Part shown: piece by piece, positions 35,446 to 47,598 of the stretch
How the letters are laid out: each line of letters opens with the position of its first letter
Numbering within the stretch: position 1 is the stretch's first letter
NCBI RefSeq assembly: GCF_002571385.2
Contig: NW_019217908.1
Coordinates: 444,803-508,802, forward strand
Direction of reading: 5' to 3'
From: Stylophora pistillata
Taxonomy: Eukaryota
DNA: 64,000 nucleotides
The notes under the pieces: generated by a model
Seen by the model: the letters and a program-made list of their open reading frames with translations, nothing else
The model's database searches: none
What the model was told of the DNA's origin: nothing
Program-made: the position numbers and the translations under genes

Positions 35446-37738
35446 TTAGAACGTGCTTTCAACCCAACCGAGTTTAAGACTGGCTCCAAGAGTTCTCAGA
35501 CTCCACCCTCTAAGCCTTATGGGAGTCAATAACTCCTCCGTGGAGCTGTTACTCAAAGGCATTTCCCTCCCTGGTTGGTTGTTGTCAGGAGACTCGTTTT
35601 GAGTCTCAGATCGCGAACTTTCTAGCTCAATTTCATTGTGATGAAGAAGGTTTTCCGTAATTTCCTCAGCGTTCCTTTCAACAATTCTTCCTTGATTTGA
35701 ATATGCGCCTAGGATTGGTACTTCTGGATTGTAGCTGGAGTTTTGGACGCTTGCTTCATCAAAGAGAGTTTGGATCAAATTGTTTCGGCCTTTGTTTCGA
35801 AATGAGCTGTTACTGTTGCTGATATCACGAACAGCACCCCCTCCTTACTCGGTCCAGCCTCCTCGCAAAAGCCTCTGTTATCTTCTCGACCGCAATATCC
35901 TGGATCAGACGAACTTTTAGAAAGTTTAGTTTTGAGGGCAAAGATTTCAAACTTAGCTGCGCCATCTGTAGGAAACTGAGCGAAATCTACAGAAAATCTA
36001 CAAGCCTCGCCTTGGGACTGGGGCAAGACAAGCCGGCATATCCATCATATGATCCCTTGCTTCCGGTTGTAGTGCTGCATCCCCGTATACACAACTCATT
36101 CCTAATGCATGGGCAGAAAAAACACAGCAAAAACTGAAAATTCCTTTCTGAACTGCGGGTTACGGAAGCTGTAAATTTAGAGATTGAGTGCACTGCTCGT
36201 AAAAGCGCACCAGTAGGCGGCCTTTCCCTGCACTAGGACTCCGCGATTAGATGACAAGGCGGAATTTTTTATGCTGACTAGCGCAGCATACAAGAAATAC
36301 GGTAGCCAACAAAACAGGAAAACCACTAGTAAGATAAGTACGGTAACTGCTACTTGCTTGTGAGCCGAGGTGGAAACGGTGCTAGAGGTGCTTGAAAACG
36401 ATACACGACTGACGCGCCGTGTGTGGCGTCTAGCCGAACGGAAAATATTACTGTAAGTAAAACCCATGATGCCAAGCGGTATTACAAAGCCCAACAAAAT
36501 GACAAAGATGGCGAACACTTGCTCGGGAGGACTGGTAGGGAACTGGACTCCACACTGAGTTGTACCTGTCAAAAAAGAACTGCTTATTAGGGATCTTGAG
36601 TTGGTATTTATATAACTGGGCCATGATAATTTTCCTGATGGGCTACATGCCATGATTTCCTACGCAGTTAAATATTTGGTCCTTTTCCCTTTCAACCGCC
36701 ATGGATTTGACAGGGATGTATTCTATGACCCTCTACACCAAAGGAAAAAGGTGAGAATTGAACGAACATTATAAAAAGAAAATACCGCATCTATCAATTT
36801 TTAAAAGCCACGTGAATAAACGGGGCGAGTTTCTAAAGTAACTGTGGTGTTGCGTCGGTGGGGGAGTATAACAAGGTAATTTTGGTTTTATCAGCTGAAT
36901 CGATAATATAAATTAGCCCCCGTAAAGAGTATCAAAGCTGACCTTTCAGCGTTAGCCCTTCTTTAGAGCGAATGACGAAGGACTAACGCTCCAAACGTCA
37001 GTTTTGAAACTCTTTACGATAAAGGATAAAACCAAAATTACCTGATTTTTAAAAGCGTTCGCCGGTTAGTACTTTGGTAACAGTACAGAGTTCGATTCAT
37101 TTAAGGGTTGCAAAACTAGAAAGGAAGTTATCAAAGTTGTCACAGCAAAACAATTCCCAATTGCATTTCACTTTAATTTTTTTTTTTTTACCAATGCAGA
37201 TACCTGATTTAAATTCATATTCCATAATGCCAAAGAGAGGAACACAAGCGATAACAACTGGCTGAACCCAAGTCCATAACAAGAGACCAATGGAAGACTT
37301 CTGGCTCATGTGCCTGTGGTACAGCGGCTTACAGATGGTACTATACGTTTCTACACTTATCGCTGTAAGGGTCAAAAGCGAACTCATACAGAACACTTTG
37401 TTAAAGAAACCGTTTAACTTGCACAGAACGTAACTCAACACCCATTCATGATTCAAGCACGTGTACAACGAGAAAGGCATACAGATTATTGCAACACCGA
37501 TATCAGCGCGTGACAGGTTAATGATGAAAATATTTGTGCGCGTGCGCAGTTTAGGACGCCTGGAGACTGCCAGACAAACCGTTCCGTTTCCAATCAGAGT
37601 CGCTAGCATGATTAGCACCAGGCTCCCACTCATCAGGAGGTGTTCAAGTTCATCATTGTCCGTGACCGTCGAAGGTTTGGTTGTCCCATTTATGTCTTGC
37701 ACCCTTACTGAGGAAATTGTATCGTTGCCTATCGCCAT
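35446..37738 (-). pseudogene. Class A GPCR, probable pseudogene (older paralogue of the tandem GPCRs)
   Basis: Exons 37738-37204 and 36565 onward, same phase-1 intron (FEFKSG|TTQCG) as the paralogues. NPxxY reads NL*IY (TAA 36177-36179), with further frameshifts and stops in the tail. Confidence 0.8.
36820..37045. repeat. Interspersed repeat with a hairpin made of two degenerate hammerhead-like cores
   Basis: CTGACCTTTCAGCGTTAGCCCTTC...GAAGGACTAACGCTCCAAACGTCAG; related decayed copies near 23590-23760 and 26525-26680. Confidence 0.55.
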
Positions 37739-39136
37739 GTTGCAACTTGTTCTCTTGGAGCTAAAAATTGAAGAGTAAAAGAAGAGAGATAAAAATTATA
37801 AGACAGATTTCAGTAATAGAAGAGGTTGTGATACAGTCTCGCTTAATGAAATTTTAGTCTAATCTTTGCTAGTTTCTCATTTGCAATCCATATCAATCGT
37901 CTTATTCCCGAATAAATATTGTTCCTATTCAGTGCATTATCTATTCCTTCTGTTTCTTGACCCGAAGCAGGTTTTATTTGACTAACCCTTTACACCCTTT
38001 TATCAGTTTGCATATTCTCCATCCTGTTCTCCATAGAAAAAAGTTGTTTATTAGGTTGATCTGAATGGTAAAATATTTGCCTTAAATACAAACAACGTTC
38101 AAGACCTCGCTCCCCCTCCATTTAGCAGTAACTGCAGAGTCTAGATAATTTTTACATTGTTTACGTATCTAAAAATGGACTAAAAAAATGTATGTGGACT
38201 TACAAAAGTCGAGTAAGAGATGATCGTCCATTATTGACCACTGGCTCCTTTATAGTCATAGCGATGTGTCAAATATGTAACGGACCATAAGCGGTTTTCT
38301 CTTATTCTCGATGCAGAATGGGTAAGACTCCTGTGTAGAAAGGTAAGTCTTCAACTATCAGTCATCGCTCGCACTGTTCTATGACTGTTTTGTAACACAG
38401 GATCACCTCGCGCTTTAAATATTCAGTGAAAGCCTTTCACAGAGTAATAGTCGAGAGCTGATATGTCGACTGAAAAGAATTGCTTAACCTGTCTTATTTC
38501 AGTCCGAAAGGTTTGAGCGATCAGAACTGTTTGATGGCGTTGAGCAAGAGAGTTAAGTGTTTCGAACAATAGGTTACAATAACATCAACATGTACAAGCA
38601 TTGGCAGAACTAAAACTGACACACTGAAGATTGGAGTGGCTAATGTTATTTGTTATATGAGTTCAGTATTTCTATGAGCATTTTGGAATGCATGTCACGG
38701 ACGCATTAGAAAGGGTGCCTTTAAGGACTTTCCAGAGAGAAAAACCTTCTAGTTGTAACTCTGTAACTCCCGAGGGTGACTAACTTCTTATTCATCAATG
38801 AGTCAAATCATGAGAATAAAGGAAATGATCACCAATTTAAGAAGCTCTTGATAAAATAGTTAAACAAATTCTCCTTGCCGATACCATGGACAATGTAAAG
38901 TGAACATCGTAGAGGATATATATACTACTGTTATGGTGTAACGCTTATNNNNNNNNNNNNNNNNNNNNNNNNNNNNNNNNNNNNNNNNNNNNNNNNNNNN
39001 NNNNNNNNNNNNNNNNNNNNNNNNNNNNNNNNNNNNNNNNNNNNNNNNNNNNNNNNNNNNNNNNNNNNNNNNNNNNNNNNNNNNNNNNNNNNNNNNNNNN
39101 NNNNNNNNNNNNNNNNNNNNNNNNNNNNNNNNNNNN

Positions 39137-40475
39137 GGTACCAGGTTCTCCATCCACTTCATTATTTGAAAGCGAGGAATTCTGTAGTTGGCTGGAATTT
39201 AAGTCCACCATGGGTGCGAAGCCTGTAAGTAAAGAGAAAAAAATACAAATTTTCAATCAGATTTGAAGGAAAAGTCCGATAAACCCTTGTAACTATTTTT
39301 ATGTCCTCCGAATACCCATACGATGTTCTCAACGGGCAGGGTTGATTACCAAAAACAAAAAATTGCACGCACCTGGGCCTCAGTTATATTTGAGATATTT
39401 GGGGCTGCAAATATTTGATATAACATTTTGAGCATTGTCAGATAAAATTATAAGGATTTGTGAGCATATCAAGCACACTTGAAGAGAAAACCTGCCTCTC
39501 CGCTTGTTCAGAGCCAGCAGTAAGTGCGTCACAGATATCATTCTAACGACCTTAAATCTCTTTCTTGTAATTTAAATCGAATACTTACTTTACGAAACAC
39601 TGAGTTTTCAGTTGTTGTCCAATGTAAAAGAGGAGCGTGTCTCTGCAGTTGAAAAACTGAGGTCTATTCTTTTAACAGTCACGGACACTCAAAAGTCATC
39701 CTTGTGCAAATTTGAATAAGGGAGCTGACTAGACTCCTTGCTATATACTCTTGGGCAGTTGTAAGGTGATCTCAGTTAAGAAACAGAAACATTTGTGACT
39801 GGAAAATGAAAGTGTGACGACACTGAATATGGGATATTTCCCTCTGCACGGCAACTGCTGGAAAAAAGTTATTTAGATCAAGAGTTTGACTTTATTTAGA
39901 GGCATTTTTCTAAAATTCTCACGGGCAAGTTCCTTGAAAATTTAGGATAAAATCATAGGTGCATCATGTTCTGTGTATTTTGGTAATTTGTTGCGGCGAG
40001 GCTATACTTTTTATAACTCGCATTTATCAAACCAAAATTTAAAAATAGAAAAACTGTTGCTTTTTTTTAATCAAACAAGTTGTCAACATGCGAGAAAGGG
40101 AGACTTTAATCTGGCCGTGGGAAAGTCCCTTGAAAATAAGATGCCATTTTGAAATTGCTTACTTAAGCGGGGAAACAGTATCCCAAAAGAAAACTGAAAC
40201 GAGGATCGGCAAGGTCAGAGCTAGAAGTTAACCTAATTAGTTATCTTCCATTGTAAAGCATCTGTACTGATCGACATAAAAATGCTTCCAATGTGTTGCA
40301 AGTATAGGACCAAATTTGCCGGTCCGAGACATCCAAGATTTTTAAGGAAAAGCTGGAATTCAAATTGATGATTTGACATAAGCATTTTTGCTCATGCGAA
40401 AGAAATCTCAGACGCTTCTCTAAACAAGAGAAATGCTGATCCAGTGAACACTGATTCTAAACTTGTGAACTAAGC
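39137..40475 (-). other. Partial duplicate: GPCR N-terminus (ATG 39211) and upstream region, bounded by gaps
   Basis: MVDLNSSQLQNSSLSNNEVDGEPGT; the upstream DNA is collinear with 43956-44530 and 53030-54275. Confidence 0.8.
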
Positions 40476-42194
40476 NNNNNNNNNNNNNNNNNNNNNNNNN
40501 NNNNNNNNNNNNNNNNNNNNNNNNNNNNNNNNNNNNNNNNNNNNNNNNNNNNNNNNNNNNNNNNNNNNNNNNNNNNNNNNNNNNNNNNNNNNNNNNNNNN
40601 NNNNNNNNNNNNNNNNNNNNNNNNNNNNNNNNNNNNNNNNNNNNNNNNNNNNNNNNNNNNNNNNNNNNNNNNNNNNNNNNNNNNNNNNNNNNNNNNNNNN
40701 NNNNNNNNNNNNNNNNNNNNNNNNNNNNNNNNNNNNNNNNNNNNNNNNNNNNNNNNNNNNNNNNNNNNNNNNNNNNNNNNNNNNNNNNNNNNNNNNNNNN
40801 NNNNNNNNNNNNNNNNNNNNNNNNNNNNNNNNNNNNNNNNNNNNNNNNNNNNNNNNNNNNNNNNNNNNNNNNNNNNNNNNNNNNNNNNNNNNNNNNNNNN
40901 NNNNNNNNNNNNNNNNNNNNNNNNNNNNNNNNNNNNNNNNNNNNNNNNNNNNNNNNNNNNNNNNNNNNNNNNNNNNNNNNNNNNNNNNNNNNNNNNNNNN
41001 NNNNNNNNNNNNNNNNNNNNNNNNNNNNNNNNNNNNNNNNNNNNNNNNNNNNNNNNNNNNNNNNNNNNNNNNNNNNNNNNNNNNNNNNNNNNNNAAAAAA
41101 AAATTGTTTTCATTTTCATAATTGTAACAAAAGCTTTCAAAATTTCCAATTCACGTACAGTCAATGTAAAATTAATAGATGGGGTTTTCCCTTAGTCTGA
41201 CGGGTCTGAGCATATGTCGTCAAAAGGCCCTGGAGTGATGTCCCCCAGGTCAAGGAAATTGAAAGCATTTTGAGTTGAGATGGTTTTCTCAGAAATGAAA
41301 CGAAAAATGATGTTTTTTTTTTCTCGCCTTGTTACAAATGGGGTACAAAGAAGGTCTAGATTTGATTCTGATTCATCATCATTCTTTATTCGTTTATTCA
41401 TTCATTTATTTATTCATTATATCTTTCACTCTTAAAGTTCAAGAAAATTTTTTATTTTTTCATAGATAACGGCAGTCTTAGTGCGTCTCATGTTTCTGCG
41501 GCGTACTGGGCATTCCCCACCAGTTACAAAAGGTTACTTACACCCTGACTCTCCGTCAGTCCTCCTCACTTTTGGTCACAAAGGGCACGGAAAACATGGG
41601 GACCGGTCAAAGTGGTGCACAACAAAGGGGACGACGGGAAGGCCGTCCATCCCCGCTTTTCCCTTAGAATCAGCTTTGATCGAGTCAAATGGTTACTAAA
41701 TCATAACAAATGTATAAAAATTCTACTAACAAATCGTTACAGATGGGTTCGTGATTTGCTACAGCTTACTTTTGATTTTGTGTTTTTGCAACATTCTTAT
41801 TAGGGTCAGTTCACTCAGAGCTAATTGCAGGCTTCTTATCGTCCTGAGAAAAAGGAAAAAGAAGCCGCCAAAAACTAAAAGAGTATCACATTTCGGTTTT
41901 GCTTACAGGTTTAAATCCAACCAATTCTAAAACTCATTCTTGTTTCTTCCTTCGCGGAATGGAGGGGGTATTTCATCTTGTTTTCAGCCAGATCGACGAG
42001 GTGAAGCACCCTATGAGATTGAACTTCTTTCCTGTGGTTCAAAATCGAATTCGATTCCAGGTCATCTTGCTCGCAATGAGTTCAAGTTTTATTCCTTGAA
42101 CTTTCTCATTCGGACGCACATGCGCACTCACTACACAGATCACTGTCTTCCATTGATGACATGCTTGAACATATGATTTCCTCGTTACTGTTTG

Positions 42195-43955
42195 TCACCA
42201 CAAGATTGCCGTCGAGCATGAAGAACACGTGACGTCGTAAGCGTGGTCGGAGAACGTTTTCTGTTTTTGTAACTGAAGTGGAAATACTTGGTATGTTGTG
42301 GAAGACGCTCCATCAACGATATAAACATGTGGCAAATCTTGGAAAGATGAAATTTTCCAGTTTTCGCACGTTTGAGTTCCTCTGTCCACAGTCGCCTTGT
42401 CGATTCCCTCATTGGGGCTGGCTATGTCTTTTTCTGTCAGGGCAACAACGTTGACGAAAGCAGGGTAAGGAGGGGATGTTTTGTCGCAGTCCACTAATGG
42501 CAGGGGTGTTCCTAAAAATGAATCACAGTGTTGATGTGCTTTTCTCAAGGAATAACGTTCGCGACCTCTTCGAAATTTGCGATTACAGCACATTAAATAC
42601 AGTGGTTTTCTGATCTCTCGATCCCCGATGCCGTACACGAACGGGTTAATGCAGCTGTTTAGGAAAGCAAACCAATAAGAAGCTAGTCCCAGGCCTCGAG
42701 CGAATGCGTTTGGGCTTTTCACTTGACCAGCGGTCGAGTACGCCATGTACGCGAAGTAAGGTGACCAACACAGAATAAAAGCAATGAGCCTCATAAAAAC
42801 GGTCACGGCTACTTGACTTTGTTGGGACAGCGAACTTTCGCTTTTGATGGTCGATAATGACATACTCGGACGGCGAATGCCGAGTGCCCTTGCTTTCAGG
42901 AAGACGTTGATGTAACAGAATCCAATGATGCATAGCGGCATAAGGAAGGCAACAAGAACCACAAATGAGTAAATGGTTTGACCAACATTGGCTGGGATTT
43001 GAACTCCACACTGAGTTGACCCTGAGGAATGAGGAAAATCTCGAAATTGTTAGCTGCTTTTCCGTTGTTTATAAACTTTTATACTAAGCTTGCGTCACTC
43101 CATAATCCTGCAAGACTTTCGCCTGATAATTAATCAATTAATGATTAATATAGTAATAAAAATTAGCATGTTAATAAACAATCATACTTGCCACATTTCA
43201 GCAGGCTCCTGTTGGCGGAAAAAAACCTCTCTAAATTAAATCTCGAACAGTAAAGGAAGTTCAATTCTGATGTATGTCATTGAAAAGTAATCAGACTCAT
43301 GAGTGCATTAGCAATTCTCGAATACATAATCATGCACTCCTAATTTTACCCCAAACTGCGCTCAAAAACAACCAATATTTGTTGCGAATATTTTCAGAAA
43401 TAATCCATCATGGAAAAAAAAAATTTACCTACCCGGCCTAAATTCAAATACAATGAAACCTGTCAGCGGTAAAGCTGCGAGTACAAATGCTGTTAACCAC
43501 GTCATAGTAACCATGGTAAGTGTTATCTTTGTCGTCATGGCAACTGTGATAGGCCTGGGCGTAAGGGTGGAATAGTATCTCACGATGCTTATCGAGGTAA
43601 GCGTAAAAACCGATGAAGCCTCAAAAAGAATGTTTACAAACCCATTCAGTTGGCATATGCTGTCACCAAATATCCAGTTACGTGTATAGCACGTGATGAT
43701 TGAAAATGGCATCCAAAATAAAGCGACACCCAAGTCTGCACATGCCTGGTTCAAGACGAACATGTTTAAGCACGTACGCCGCAGTACACGAGTGCGGCAT
43801 ATTGTGATGATCAGCGTCATGTTGCCAACTATAGCGAGCAGCATTATAAGCAGCAGGACAGGGGCAAGCACTAAGTATTTAGTACCAGGTTCTCCGTCCA
43901 CTTCATTATTTGAAAGGGAGGAATTCTGTAGTTGGCTGAAATTTAAGTCCGCCAT
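42195..43955 (-). CDS. Class A GPCR, diverged tandem copy with shortened C-tail
   Basis: Exons 43955-43433 and 43021-42195; GN, ADL, WIFGDSIC, CWSPY, NPFVY retained; DRY position reads VRY; 13-nt deletion near 42212 frameshifts the tail. Could be a young pseudogene. Confidence 0.8.
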
Positions 43956-44530
43956 GGGTGCGAAGCCTGTAAGTAAAGAAAAAAAATTAAAATTTTTGAT
44001 CAGATTTCAAGAAAAAGTCCCTTACACCCTTGTAAATTTTTTAATGTCCTCTGAATACCCATACGATGTTCTCAACGGGCAAGGGTTGGTTGCCAAAAAC
44101 AAAAAATTGCACGCACCTGAGCCTTATATTTGAGATATTTAAGGCTGCACATATTTCATATAACATTTTGAGCAATAAGAATTTGTGAGCATATCAAGTA
44201 CACTTGAAGAGAAAACCTGACTCTCAGCTTGCTCTGAGCAGTGAGTACGTCACGTGCAAACACTATTCTACCGACGTTAAATTTCTTTCCTGTAAATAAT
44301 GAACGCACATGCTTAAATCGAATACTTACTTTACGAAACACTGAGTTTTCAGTTGTAGTCCAATGTAAAAGAGGAGCGAGTCTCTGCAGTTGAAAAACTG
44401 AGGTCTATTCTTTCAACAGTCACGGATACGCAAAAGTGAACTTTGTGCAAATTGGAATAAGGGAGCTGACTAGACTCCTTGCTATACTCTAGGACAACTG
44501 AAAGGTGTTCTTAAAAAACAGAAACATTTG

Positions 44531-45470
44531 TAATAATAATAATAATAGTAATAGTTTAATATTTATATTGCGCAAATTAATATGTGGATATGATAAAATG
44601 CGCATCACAACACTTTTCGGGGGACTTTGGCCGGACTGCATCAGCAGTTTAAAAACAATCGAAGGATTGAAGATGCCCCCCNNNNNNNNNNNNNNNNNNN
44701 NNNNNNNNNNNNNNNNNNNNNNNNNNNNNNNNNNNNNNNNNNNNNNNNNNNNNNNNNNNNNNNNNNNNNNNNNNNNNNNNNNNNNNNNNNNNNNNNNNNN
44801 NNNNNNNNNNNNNNNNNNNNNNNNNNNNNNNNNNNNNNNNNNNNNNNNNNNNNNNNNNNNNNNNNNNNNNNNNNNNNNNNNNNNNNNNNNNNNNNNNNNN
44901 NNNNNNNNNNNNNNNNNNNNNNNNNNNNNNNNNNNNNNNNNNNNNNNNNNNNNNNNNNNNNNNNNNNNNNNNNNNNNNNNNNNNNNNNNNNNNNNNNNNN
45001 NNNNNNNNNNNNNNNNNNNNNNNNNNNNNNNNNNNNNNNNNNNNNNNNNNNNNNNNNNNNNNNNNNNNNNNNNNNNNNNNNNNNNNNNNNNNNNNNNNNN
45101 NNNNNNGACAGCCTGAACCAAGCTTGGAGCTATATCAGTTGAAGTTAGTTGGTTGTCATCAGCATAATTCGAGAGTTTGGCCTCTGTAACAAAGTAAAAT
45201 AAGTCATTTAAAAAGATATTAAAGAACAAGGGGCCTAAAACAGACCCCTGTGGAACTCCTCTGTGAATCTTGTTAATGTCAGACTTGGCATTGGCCACTT
45301 TAACCCGCTGTCTCCGTCCACTAAGATAATCTTTAATTAGGTTAAGACTCTGGGTAGAAAGACCATACGCCTTCAGCTTGTCTATCAATAGGTTGTGAGG
45401 GATAAGATCAAAGGCTTTACTTAAATCCAACATCACTGAACCAACAGTCTTTCCTTTGTCCAAGTCTTGC
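44531..45470 (-). mobile_element. 5'-truncated CR1/L2-group LINE
   Basis: RT motifs LDLSKAFD, GVPQGSVLGPLFFNIFLND, NYADD (45107-45463); (ATT)n tail at 44531-44552; middle in gap. Confidence 0.9.
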
Positions 45471-46115
45471 CTCCTTGCTAACCAACGTTAAAGACAAGGA
45501 CGAACCAAGGAACAGATAGGGAGCAATTTATTAGATCAATTGTTCCTACTGCCAAGCCTCCTACATCGGAGAGACTGGCAGAAACCTCTCAACAAGACTG
45601 ACTGAACACAGCCTGGACGGGCGGGCGACGAGGAAAGGTGATGTCAACAATCGCAATGCTGAACATCATCGACTTACGAACCACAATATTGACTTGGACT
45701 CTACCCAATGCCTAACCTGCATCACTAATCGCCTTTAGCGACTGACTCTGGAAAGCTGTTTTGCTAACTTAGAACAGACCTCTAAACAGGTTTCAACTTC
45801 TACCGGCTCCATACAGACGACTCATTCATTACATTAACATTACAAACAAACCGAATAGAACGACCTAACTTTACAAACGGATCGAAACAGACCAATCACG
45901 ACCGGCTTACGCCACTTGAGTCTTACAGCCAATAACATCACGGCAAAACTGACCAATCATTTTACACGAACTGGACTAAGAAAATTCTACTGACCATAAC
46001 TATTTACTTGACACTGATGATGACTTCCGCACAGTTGTCGAAACGTCAGTCACTACAACCGACAACAGTCCTTCTCAGGACTACACTCACCCGGACGATC
46101 ACACTACACTTTCAC
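45471..46115 (+). mobile_element. Penelope-like element 3' remnant (GIY-YIG endonuclease and terminal repeat region)
   Basis: LLTNVKDKDEPRNR*GAIY*INCSYCQASYIGETGRNLSTRLTEH...EHHRLTNHNID...LTLES, with stops and frameshifts. Confidence 0.85.
46009..46052 (+). ncRNA. Minimal type I hammerhead ribozyme motif
   Basis: TGACA-CTGATGA-TGAC(loop)GTC-GAAA-C-GTC-AGTCA: intact core, stem II, palindromic ACGT in place of stem III, stem I with one mismatch. Confidence 0.7.
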
Positions 46116-47598
46116 AGAACAGGAAAAAGTAACCCAGGCATGTTCACATTTTGTTACAAATGGCTTTGATTTCAAAACTTTCCAGTGGCAATTTACGCAT
46201 TTTGAAAACACGTTGTTACTCAATTTAGAAGTCTTAGAAAAAATTTCCTACCTTGAAGTTCTTAGTACAGTCAAGTGGACTTGTTCAGACCTCATAGTTT
46301 ACAGACGTCTTGCCATTATGTTCAGCTGACAACTCAGAATTGAAAGGTATTTTAAATAAACAATAACTTCGCGAATAGATAACAATTCGGCAGGAAGTCG
46401 GATAAACCACTTCTTTCGCTCAGAGACGCCTTTTGTGGCAGGGTTTAGTTAATCTGAGGAACAATACTTACAGATATATTCTGACCAGCTTTTGATGAAG
46501 GTCTGTCTTAAAGTAATGGCTTGTTTGCTTTTTTTGAATAAACTAAGCTTCCATAGTGGACAATACTTCTTAAGATATGAACCAACCTGTCAAATCCTCT
46601 ATTCTAAAAGGTCATGCGCCAATGCCGCGAGGAAACCAAAAATTCTCGTTCAACTCAGGGGGTTTGTCCTTTTAGGAGCAGTAATCCTCTAAAGCCGAAC
46701 TTTATGACCGAAAGTTTTTCCCACTCGATCTTTCAAGCCGAATTCTACATAAAACTCGGAAAACGCAGTTGAGTGGTTGGTCTAGTTGAACAATTTCACT
46801 GTTTTTACTCAAAATATGTGACTGTAAAAGAAGCAAATCTGCACTTCAATTTCAGTCCAAAAATCGAGTTAGGCGATGAAAATTGCATTCGACTCAATCT
46901 TATCATGAATTTTAGATTAAATAAAAAAAAAGAAAAGCGATCAATAACCGTAACATGCTCGAATGAATTGATTAAATCGCACGGTTTAGTAAATTTGATT
47001 TAATTGTCACTATGAATTTTGAGTCGTATCATTCATGACAAAATGAAAAACCTCAGTCCAGAGAAAAAGTGAACTTCTTTGGCTTGTTTTCATAATCAGT
47101 AACTCTAGATCTTAAAGCATATAGATGCTGAAAGGCAAAAAGACTTGTATACTTTTTGTTCAGACTTAATTTTCTTTGAGAATTAAAGCCGACTTACACA
47201 TGAAGTTTATAAAAAACAGCTCGAGGTGATTCGTGGAAAGATCGTGAACAAGGCGAAGGTACCTGGCCATTGAGAATGCTGTGGGAAACTCACCTTCAGT
47301 GTTTTTGTTACAAATGCTAAATGCTAATGCCACTCTTTGAAATTGGTTAAGGTCGGATTCTGACGCATGTTTTTGAAAATGTGATTCTCACCACTTCCTC
47401 ATCGCAATATTTTCAAATCACTCTTGAGTTGCACGATAAAGAAATTCTCGTGGCAAGATGGACTGGCTAAAGTTCTCTGCATGCTGTTATTCTTATGATC
47501 GGAAAACACGACAATCTTTGTTTTCATTTTCGCACAAGTTAGATTAAGCAAAAAAGTTCCCCTATATCGCGGTACTGACATACCTACTTTTCTTTTTT

